Positions 25,021-35,231 of a DNA stretch of 64,000 nt are shown one piece after another (positions within the stretch are counted from its first letter, which is position 1; each line of letters opens with the position of its first letter). The notes under the pieces were generated by a model. It searched no databases, was not told the DNA's origin, and was given only the letters and a program-made list of their open reading frames with translations. The position numbers were made by a program, and so were the translations under genes. This stretch comes from Cyanophora paradoxa CCMP329 (taxonomy: Eukaryota; Plantae; Glaucophyta). The stretch is taken from assembly GCA_004431415.1 (NCBI GenBank), contig QPMI01000175.1:68174-132173 (forward strand), in the 5' to 3' direction.

Positions 25021-25233
25021 GGCCGTACGTACATACATGCTGTCAGACACGCGTGAAGTACTATTAGGCTAGGCTGGCTTGCCAACCCGCATGGCCGGTA
25101 CGTACATGCATACTGTCAGACGCGCGTGAACTACTATTAGGCTAGGCTGGCTTGCCAGTCCCCACGGCCCGTACGTACATGCATGCTGTCAGACGCGCGT
25201 GAAGTACTACTAGTAGGCTAGGCCGGCTTGCCG
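25021..25233. repeat. 3 copies of a ~73-bp tandem repeat (duplicated at ~30121-30334)
   Basis: gtacgtacat.cat.ctgtcagac.cgcgtgaa.tacta..aggctaggc.ggcttgcc x3. Confidence 0.85.
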
Positions 25234-26102
25234 GCCGCGGTCCGGGCGCCAGGACCGGGCCATGACCGGTACTATGTTCAACGGTTGTACGGTAGCCGGT
25301 GCCTACAGGGCCTACCGTAGTACAGGGCTACTACAGGCTGGCCTACATGTACAGGGTCACGGGTGCAGCTGCGGTATAGCTACCAGACTAGTACCAGTCT
25401 AGCAATTGAAGACCGCCAGGCTAGCGCTAGCCTAGTAGCGCTTTCGACGGTCAAGGTACAAGTAACTTACTAAGTTAGTAGCGCGGTAGTCATAATGATA
25501 TAATAACTATTTTGCATTGTACAGTAGCTAGACCGAGTGTGCGAAACTGCAAGACTCGGAGCGACAAACTTTGACGACTACCTGACAGTACCTGTCATAA
25601 ATACATGCTCGGTCGAATCGTCAATGGCGCCGTTTCGATTGCGTGAGATCTTTTTTTTATTCAAGATCTCGATCGCGACGGATCCCGGATTTATTCAAGA
25701 TCTCGACGGATCCCGGATCTTCTGTCAATGAGTTCGCCGGATCTTTGTTTGTATTCAGGATCTCGCAAGATCGGACGTTAATAAAGATCTGTATACGCGC
25801 TGTCGCCCAGTGCAGGTACGGCAAAAATGGCTGGAAGCTGGCGCCGGCGGCCGCGGCCCGCGCCCAGGCCGGGCTAGCTAGCGCTGCACCCGCACTACCG
25901 TAGTAACCGTAGTACCGGTAGTACTGGCTTACTGGGCTATGGCCGGATTTGGCCGGCTTGGCCATGGGCTGGCCCGTTATACCCAGCTCGAGAGAGAGGT
26001 GGCTGGCCATAGAGGGACAGAGAATACATAATTAATTGGGGAAGGTGTTGGACCGGTAACACTTGCTTTTAACTGGTGGAGGAGATTGAGAGAAGATTAG
26101 TT

Positions 26103-26484
26103 TAAAATTAATATATTGTTGGGGGGGAGGCCCGGGAGGGGGGAGATGCTCGCAGCCAGGCGCATGCGCAGAGCTTGCGAATCGCTTAAACAGAACCTCG
26201 AATGCATATAGTATCAATATGCAGGGCTGCGGAGGCGAGGGCGCGCGGAAAGCTGTGCAGGCCCGTTCAGGATCGAATTTTCGCGTCGGCTGGTAAAATT
26301 AATATATTGTTGGGGGGGAGGCCCGGGAGGGGCGAGATTCTCGCAGCCAGGCGCATGCGCAGAGCTTGCGAATCGCTTAAACAGAACCTCGAATGCATAT
26401 AGTATCAATATGCAGGGCTGCGGAGGCGAGGGCGCGCGGAAAGCTGTGCAGGCCCGTTCAGGATCGAATTTTCGCGTCGGCTGG
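26103..26484. repeat. ~191-bp direct tandem duplication in the E10 5' region (also at ~31202-31582)
   Basis: taaaattaatatattgttggg...cgtcggctgg at 26103 and again at 26294. Confidence 0.9.
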
Positions 26485-29400
26485 TTCTCGTGCCCTGTCG
26501 CGCCCGCAGAGCTCGCGAAAACCTTTAAAAAGATCTTAAGTGAATACTGTAGCGATGGGCATGGGTGAGGATGCGAGGGCGCGCGGAAAGGTCTTCAGGT
26601 CCGTGAAGGATCGAATTTTCGGGTCGGCTGGATCCTCGCGGCCTGGCGCATTTAGAGACCGTGCGGAAGGCTTCTTCTACATCTCAAATGCTTATGTTAT
26701 CGTTCCGCGCATGCGCCGCGGCGTGGGCGGGCGGAAAGATCTCCGGGCCTGTCTAGGATCGAATTTTTGCCGTCGGTTGGGTTCTCGTGCTCTTTCGCGT
26801 CTTCGAAGTTTGTGGAAGGCTTTGATAAAATCTCAAATGAATATACCAGCGATGCGGCCTGCGTGAGGACGCGAGGGCGCGCGGAAAGTTGTTCAGGTTT
26901 GAAGAGGATTGAATTTTCGGGGTCGGCTGGGTCATCGCGACTGGGCGCATGTGCAAACCGTGTGGAGGGCTTCTTCTACATCTGAAATGCTTATGCTATT
27001 GTTCCGCGCATGCGCCGCGGCGCGGGCGCGCGGAAAGATGTCCGGGCCTGTCCAGGATCGAATTTTCGGGGTCGGCTGGGCCCTCGCGGCCCGGCACATC
27101 AGTAAAGCGTGCGAAACGCTTGCTCTACATCTCAGATGCTTATGCTATTGCTCCGCGCATGCGCCGCGGCGCGGGCGCGCGGAAAGATGTCCGGGCCCGT
27201 GCAGGATCGAATTTTTGTCATCGGGTACCTTCCTGCGCTGTTGCGGCTCCGAAAAGCGGATTTTGGGGGTGGGCAGGCCGTGCTATGTCTATGCGCGCCA
27301 GTACGCATGGATTGCGCGCGTTGCGGGACCGGCCGGAACCGGCCGGATCAAATTTTCGGCCGACTCTTCGTACTGGAGCGTCCGACGGTCGACGGCGCCC
27401 GAAATCGAGCTTGCGGCGATGCGAAAAATGCGCATATTAATATTGGGTGTGTGATCGACGTGCCGGTTGTGTATACGCACCGGAGTAACCCCTTCTGTTT
27501 TTCGTGCGTGTCACAGCATACATATCCAATATCAGTGTCAATGCCAGTCCTAGATCTGTGTCGTTGGCAACGGAGAGCGTTCCTTTGTCGGACAAAGCAA
27601 AAGGAGAATTGCACTTGATACCCAATTTTGCGTTTTGCATGTATAGCATCACAGTAATTGCTGAAGCGATTGTCAATGCATTATATGGGCGCCACAGTGA
27701 TAAAAGAAGATTTTCTTACTCGATATGAACATGATCACGCTTGTCGACAACGACGCATTCAGAGTAGTTAGGCAGTTCAGAAATACTGTGAGTGACGACG
27801 TGCACAACGGAATCACAGGTAATTCGGCATTGTCAGGAAGAGTCACATCACAGTCATGACGACAATCGTTATTGTCAAGGGGACATTCACGACATTTGCG
27901 TTTTTGTCCTGTAAACCAACAGAACATTCCTGCTCGAAATATGTTAGTATGTACGTTGCGTCGTTTACCATATGCAATGGGATTTACCAAGCAGTGCCAG
28001 TAATGCGGTAATAAAATCGGCAATGCACAGAATGTGTACAGTCACAGTTGAGAGTAGTTCCGTCTCTCTCATTTCGGTTCTGGATCTTTCGAAGTCGGCA
28101 CTGATGGTTCCGTGAGAGCGTGCCGGCACGACTGTCGACCCCCGCGCCTGGAGGGAGAGCAAGTTGGCAGATCTAGACATGGCTATATCTAAGACGGTAT
28201 CTGCTCGTCGATCTCAGCAATGTGGGAAGCGATTTCAAATCTTGCTTACGTCCATGGTCGATGACAATTGTGGAACACAACGACAGTGCTCGGAACTGTT
28301 GTGCAACCATTAAGATGATGCATTTAAGTATGAACCGTTGACGTGTGCGTTTACGTCGGGATTTGAAGTGCTGCACTGCTGCGTAGACTCCTGGTTTGTT
28401 AAGAATTCGCATTTTTTAAAGAGGCGCTCTGCGCATGCACAGTGACTATTAGCCTGCGGACTCCGCGCGTGTACGGAAACGGACAATCTCAGGAGTCGAG
28501 AGTAACGGAAACTCACCGACGGGGCGGGACGACGACTCGATGCAGGCGCCGGCCGGTTCGACTGACGGGCGCGCCGGTCTGCGCAACGACGGCGAGATCA
28601 GCGGGGGGCGGGAGGGGTGGGCGGGCGGACCAGCTGACGAGACTACGGACAACAGAAGGCCTGGAGGGCGCCAGTCAGTTGGGGGCCTCTCGCGCGGGAA
28701 AATGGGGCCTAACGTCCGGCCCGTCTGAAGCCTAGATGGGGCGATTTCCGACGTCGGCCGATGCCCCCCACATATTCAGCCCACCCCCCTTCCCAACATT
28801 CATAGTTACCGTGTCCGTCTTGCCTGAGATGCTCCCGGAAGCCACAACGTTGCCGGTCACGTTGAGATCACCGCCGACGCTCGTGTTGCCGGCTGCCGTC
28901 ACTGTGAGGGCCGCCGGGGTCGGCGACAGGATGGCCGACTTGGGCGCGGCCCCACGTGCCCGATGGGAACCGTTGCGGGGGTCCGGACCGTGCAGCGAGA
29001 GAACACGTCCAGCGAGCCTGTTGTGTTCGAGTGCGCCTCGCCCACCATCGTATCCGTAGCGGGGGGGCAGGGCGCGCGGGCGAGCTCACGAGGGTAGGAA
29101 CGACGGGAGGCCTGGAGGGTGCAAGTGAGCCGAGGGCACGGGGGCCGGGGGTAAGCAGGGATCGGATGCTCACGGGGAAAACGACTCGATGGAGGTGCCG
29201 GCCGCTTCGACTGACGAGCACGACGACCTGCACGCAGATGGGGAGATCAGCGGGGGGCGGGAGGGGAGGGCGCGCGGGCGAGCTGACGAGACTACGGACG
29301 ACGGCAGGCCTGCCAGGCTGGAGGGTGCCAGTCAGCCGAGGTCGCGGGGGCCGGAAGCGGGCCGGGAGGCTCACGAGCACGACGACCCGAAGGAGGCGCC

Positions 29401-32400
29401 AACCGGTTCGAGCTGACGAGGCTAGGGACGACGAGACGGCCTGCACAGAGAGCACGACGACTTGATGTAAGTGCCGGCCGCTTCGACTGACGAGCGCAGC
29501 TCAGGGGCCGGGAGGGGAGGGCGCGCAGGCGAGCTAGGGTGCCGGGCATGAAGGAGGATTGCGCGGCTCACGGGACGACGACTCGATGCAGGTGCCGGCC
29601 CGTTGGACTGACGAGCGTGCCGGCCTGCGGAGAGATTGGGAGGCCTGCGCAGAGATTGGAAGATCAGTTCGGACTGGGAGGCCAGCGCGCGGTGCGGAGC
29701 TGACGGCAGCTGGCTGCTGTGTCGGCGAGCAAACGATGATAGAAAGCACGAATGATCTGGACGCGCTCGTCAGCCCAGAGCGCCGGCCGGAAAGCTCACG
29801 GGGAGGTGTACTTGATGCAGGTGCTAGCCGTTTCGACTGCAAAGCACGGGTGCCTGCGCAGAGACATGCGTTAACTTTCGTATCTTCCGCGTGTTGTACT
29901 AGCATATACTTCCTAGCTATAGCTACTTAACAGCCATTAGTCTCGCTTGTGCAAAGTATACGTAAATGACACGCGCACGCATACGTATACGTACGTATAT
30001 GCTGACACGCGCTGACATGTTGACACAGATGTGCTTCCTTAGAGGCGGTACTTGCAATTGTTTACAGAATGATGTGCGTGCGTTAACGTCGACATGCCAT
30101 GCTGCATACTTAGTTGGCACGGGCCGTACGTACATACATGCTGTCAGACACGCGTGAAGTACTATTAGGCTAGGCTGGCTTGCCAACCCGCATGGCCGGT
30201 ACGTACATGCATACTGTCAGACGCGCGTGAACTACTATTAGGCTAGGCTGGCTTGCCAGTCCCCACGGCCCGTACGTACATGCATGCTGTCAGACGCGCG
30301 TGAAGTACTACTAGTAGGCTAGGCCGGCTTGCCGGCCGCGGTCCGGGCGCCAGGACCGGGCCATGACCGGTACTATGTTCAACGGTTGTACGGTAGCCGG
30401 TGCCTACAGGGCCTACCGTAGTACAGGGCTACTACAGGCTGGCCTACATGTACAGGGTCACGGGTGCAGCTGCGGTATAGCTACCAGACTAGTACCAGTC
30501 TAGCAATTGAAGACCGCCAGGCTAGCGCTAGCCTAGTAGCGCTTTCGACGGTCAAGGTACAAGTAACTTACTAAGTTAGTAGCGCGGTAGTCATAATGAT
30601 ATAATAACTATTTTGCATTGTACAGTAGCTAGACCGAGTGTGCGAAACTGCAAGACTCGGAGCGACAAACTTTGACGACTACCTGACAGTACCTGTCATA
30701 AATACATGCTCGGTCGAATCGTCAATGGCGCCGTTTCGATTGCGTGAGATCTTTTTTTATTCAAGATCTCGATCGCGACGGATCCCGGATTTATTCAAGA
30801 TCTCGACGGATCCCGGATCTTCTGTCAATGAGTTCGCCGGATCTTTGTTTGTATTCAGGATCTCGCAAGATCGGACGTTAATAAAGATCTGTATACGCGC
30901 TGTCGCCCAGTGCAGGTACGGCAAAAATGGCTGGAAGCTGGCGCCGGCGGCCGCGGCCCGCGCCCAGGCCGGGCTAGCTAGCGCTGCACCCGCACTACCG
31001 TAGTAACCGTAGTACCGGTAGTACTGGCTTACTGGGCTATGGCCGGATTTGGCCGGCTTGGCCATGGGCTGGCCCGTTATACCCAGCTCGAGAGAGAGGT
31101 GGCTGGCCATAGAGGGACAGAGAATACATAATTAATTGGGGAAGGTGTTGACCGGTAACACTTGCTTTTAACTGGTGGAGGAGATTGAGAGAAGATTAGT
31201 TTAAAATTAATATATTGTTGGGGGGAGGCCCGGGAGGGGGAGATGCTCGCAGCCAGGCGCATGCGCAGAGCTTGCGAATCGCTTAAACAGAACCTCGAAT
31301 GCATATAGTATCAATATGCAGGGCTGCGGAGGCGAGGGCGCGCGGAAAGCTGTGCAGGCCCGTTCAGGATCGAATTTTCGCGTCGGCTGGTAAAATTAAT
31401 ATATTGTTGGGGGGGAGGCCCGGGAGGGGCGAGATTCTCGCAGCCAGGCGCATGCGCAGAGCTTGCGAATCGCTTAAACAGAACCTCGAATGCATATAGT
31501 ATCAATATGCAGGGCTGCGGAGGCGAGGGCGCGCGGAAAGCTGTGCAGGCCCGTTCAGGATCGAATTTTCGCGTCGGCTGGGTTCTCGTGCCCTGTCGCG
31601 CCCGCAGAGCTCGCGAAAACCTTTAAAAAGATCTTAAGTGAATACTGTAGCGATGGGCATGGGTGAGGATGCGAGGGCGCGCGGAAAGGTCTTCAGGTCC
31701 GTGAAGGATCGAATTTTCGGGTCGGCTGGATCCTCGCGGCCTGGCGCATTTAGAGACCGTGCGGAAGGCTTCTTCTACATCTCAAATGCTTATGTTATCG
31801 TTCCGCGCATGCGCCGCGGCGTGGGCGGGCGGAAAGATCTCCGGGCCTGTCTAGGATCGAATTTTTGCCGTCGGTTGGGTTCTCGTGCTCTTTCGCGTCT
31901 TCGAAGTTTGTGGAAGGCTTTGATAAAATCTCAAATGAATATACCAGCGATGCGGCCTGCGTGAGGACGCGAGGGCGCGCGGAAAGTTGTTCAGGTTTGA
32001 AGAGGATTGAATTTTCGGGGTCGGCTGGGTCATCGCGACTGGGCGCATGTGCAAACCGTGTGGAGGGCTTCTTCTACATCTGAAATGCTTATGCTATTGT
32101 TCCGCGCATGCGCCGCGGCGCGGGCGCGCGGAAAGATGTCCGGGCCTGTCCAGGATCGAATTTTCGGGGTCGACTGGGCCCTCGCGGCCCGGCACATCAG
32201 TAAAGCGTGCGAAACGCTTGCTCTACATCTCAGATGCTTATGCTATTGCTCCGCGCATGCGCCGCGGCGCGGGCGCGCGGAAAGATGTCCGGGCCCGTGC
32301 AGGATCGAATTTTTGTCATCGGGTACCTTCCTGCGCTGTTGCGGCTCCGAAAAGCGGATTTTGGGGTGGGCAGGCCGTGCTATGTCTATGCGCGCCAGTA

Positions 32401-32783
32401 CGCATGGATTGCGCGCGTTGCGGGACCGGCCGGAACCGGCCGGATCAAATTTTCGGCCGACTCTTCGTACTGGAGCGTCCGACGGTCGACGGCGCCCGAA
32501 ATCGAGCTTGCGGCGATGCGCTCGCGCTCGTCCGTCATTCTGTATCGTTCTGGGCGTCCCTGGCGCAATTTCGTCGCGGGACCGGGCGGGCCGGGTCCCA
32601 CCTTCTGACTCGGACTGCATTTGTCGGAGGTTAAGTACCGGAATTGATCCAGAGGGAAATTCGATTTTCGCGGGACGCCCACGGGCGAGCGGTCGTCTTA
32701 GGGGAGCCAGGACGCTAAAAATGGATCTAGAGAGGTCTGTGGGGGTTCGGGTGGGTGTGTGACTAGCAGCAATCGCGCCCGTG

Positions 32784-32812
32784 TCGAGGCAGAATTAATA
32801 ATTCTGCCTCGA
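32784..32812. promoter_or_regulatory. 29-bp palindrome TCGAGGCAGAATTA-A-TAATTCTGCCTCGA near the 5' end of every element
   Basis: Perfect 14-bp arms, also at 897-925 and the equivalent position in all units. Subfamily B has a 2-nt swap in one arm. Confidence 0.6.
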
Positions 32813-32906
32813 GGGAGTGCGACATGGAAATTATTTAGCAGGGGGGATCTTGAGTGGAAAAAAAGGTTAAAAAAGGAATTTAGATCGTCGGTTTTTGGGT
32901 TTGAGA

Positions 32907-32970
32907 AAGAGGCTTCGCCGGAAAGAGGCTTCGCCTGAAAGAGGCTTCGCCTGAAAGAGGCTTCGCCTGA
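32907..32970 (-). repeat. 4 tandem 16-nt 5' stubs closing the array; the innermost is the variant aagaggcttcgccgga
   Basis: 32907-32922 (variant), 32923-32938, 32939-32954, 32955-32970, then unique flank ctttagacg. Confidence 0.97.
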
Positions 32971-33315
32971 CTTTAGACGTTTTAATTTGGCTAGTAACTT
33001 ACTAAGTTAACGTTAGTAAGAGTTCCGAACTTCGGAAGTTCAAGGCAAGGTGACGTCGACGTCACGGTACACTTGGTGACAATTGCAATTGCAATACCCC
33101 TGCCGGCGCTCTAGGAGCCTTGGCCCCTAACTTAGTAACGGCCACCGTCGGCCAGCCTACAGGCCCTACGTATACTGGCCCAGTGGCAGGCACTGGCCGC
33201 AGTGGCCTGGCAGCCACTGGCAGGCTACTGCAGGGCCAGTGCAGGCTACTGGTCCAGCGCCTCCGCTGCGCCTGTCCGAGACTCCGAGGGTCAGCGGCTC
33301 AGCGCCAGCTGGGCC

Positions 33316-33855
33316 CAGGGTTCGCCGCCCAAAAAATTTGGAAAAAGAATGCAAAAAGTTTTGCAAAAATTCATGATTTTCAGAAAAGTTTTGCAATTGG
33401 TCCCCGTTTCGGCCCTCCAAAATTTTTGGAAAAGTTTTGCACCCCACCCCCCCTCATCCTCCGAAATTTATCGTTTGCGGCGGCTACGACGACGTTAAAT
33501 GAAGATATAAACGACATAGAAGGCAATCTGAGGCTATTCTGAGCGTGGAAGGCGACTTATTGAGCTTTTGGCTCATGTTGGGGAGGGGGGTACTTGGCCT
33601 TGAAACACGAGCTCGAGCAGCTGCAGGCGGGTTTCATGCGCAGATAGCAGCTCTCGCAAGCCTGCGATCGATAAACATGAGTTAAACAATGTTTAAGACG
33701 TGTTTGAACGCGATTTGAAGCGCTTTAGACGACGGTTTCGATTCTTTCGGGGCAAAAATTTTCTAAAAATTTCGCAAAACTTTTACATACAAGGCAAAAA
33801 TTTTTGCAAAACTTTTTGGACCCTTGGGGGACCCCCAAAAATTTTCCCATCCCTG
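33316..33855. mobile_element. Non-autonomous hAT-like MITE (540 bp)
   Basis: CAGGG...CCCTG ends; 8-bp flanks gctgggcc (33308-33315) and gctgggcg (33856-33863), 7/8 identical. Subterminal aaaagttttgca motifs on the left and gcaaaactttt on the right. Confidence 0.72.
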
Positions 33856-35231
33856 GCTGGGCGGCTCCTGGGCCTGAGCTGGCCCTAGGCCTGGCTGGAC
33901 TCGGGAGCCTACGGGAGGCCCTCAGTGCCCCTCACTCAGTGTCGAGTCAGTAATATTAACTTGAATATCGATCGAAGATCATCGACTCGGCGAGCCGCGC
34001 CGGCCGGCGCCGCGGCGGATTCGGATCGCCCAACTTGCCAAGTTGCAACATGTACAGTTGCACTGCCAAATGCAAAGTTGCAAGTAGTCGACGGCGATCA
34101 TCGGAATCGATCGGATTCGACGCCCGCGGGCCGCGGGCCGCGGCCCAGCTCGGAGTCTCCGCCGCCCCGGGATCCGGACCCGGGCCGGGATTTGGATCCA
34201 AAGATCTAGAGCCGCGCAGCTTCGCGCTTCGCACGCGCCGCGCCGCACCGAATTTCTAGTTCGTAAAACCTCGTATACGTAGATAAGTCGACTCGGCGTC
34301 GAGTCGGCGGCGTCGCAGCACTCTTATATGTCACTGTGTATCGTACGCGTGCGGTGGCTATAGTACGGCTGCCGTCGCGCCGCGGCCCCGGCCCGGCGCA
34401 CACTGTGACACTGTGTGACAAGCGCCCGATCGAAGCTATCTCCAACTTCAATTGCAAGGCTGCAGCTGTCACAGTGTCCGACGATCTCTTTCGAAGCCCC
34501 GACCATAGGCTCTCGGCGTTTTGGCCTCCAAACCTGCAGCTGCAGCATGCGTGCACGTGGGCGCGTGGCGCAGCATGTCTGTGCGCGAGGCGCGTCTAGA
34601 TCTAGCAGGCGTCCAGAACAGGAGTCGCGATAGGTAGAAGTAGGCCTGCAGCTGGGGCCATGCATATGCGCGGTTGCGCCTATTTCTGCAGCCGCCCAGA
34701 AAAATACATCGACGTCCACTTCGGACAGCTTCGATCATGATCATGATTAGCTGACTGCGAGCTTGCAATTGGTGAAGCGGCTTCGTACGCGTACGCATAT
34801 GTGCGCACGGCCGCGGGTCGCGATTGACGTTCCTTGCAATTGCAATCGCAATTGTCACCATTCAACAACAGAATCCGGCCGCGGTGCGCGTTCGAATATT
34901 GGGTTCGAATAAATGAACTTGCGGGAGCCATATATGCCACGATGCACATATGCATCATGATCATGGCATGCATATGCCATGATGTGTCTCCTGCAGTCGA
35001 ATTCTAGTGTGACATGCATATGCCCAGCGCACCATCAAAACGTTAACTGTCTGAATCTTTCGCACAGTATTAATATTAATCACGCCGAGAGTCATGATCA
35101 TGATCGGCTCGCATACGTCTTATACGCTGTCGGTCCTTAAAAGCTTAAGCTTTAACGTGGGTTACGTTTTGCATGATTTCGCGCGGACCGGACTTCGCAA
35201 CGTTAGCCGGCGCCGGACTTTATGTGTTGAC

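Larger units (their letters stand above)
22321..32520. repeat. 5.1-kb direct tandem duplication inside E10 (22321-27422 and 27423-32520)
   Basis: gaaaaatgcgcatattaatattggg at 22321 and 27423. The ORF sets repeat at offset ~5102 and differences are mostly homopolymer indels. Confidence 0.95.
11280..32922 (-). mobile_element. Autonomous Helitron2-like element E10 (~21.6 kb)
   Basis: 3' end with hairpin at 11280-11304. A 12-bp asymmetric inverted repeat, cggcgaagcctc (11311-11322) / gaggcttcgccg (32909-32920). The 5' ~1.9 kb is homologous to E1-E9. Encodes RepHel. Confidence 0.9.
1..32970 (-). mobile_element. Compound nested array of Helitron2-like rolling-circle elements (E1-E10), continuing beyond the left window edge
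   Basis: On the minus strand the units share 5' sequence (TCAGGCGAAGCCTCTT)TCTCAAACCCAAAAACC. Complete units share the 3' end GAGGCTTCGCC-gtactta-GTGCTCC-gca-GGAGCAC-ggatcttg, i.e. an asymmetric inverted repeat plus hairpin. No TSDs are seen, and one unit encodes RepHel. Confidence 0.9.

Noticed and set aside
22321-32520. LTR pair of a retrotransposon
   Set aside because: The copies are directly adjacent, with no internal gag/pol, TG...CA ends or TSD.
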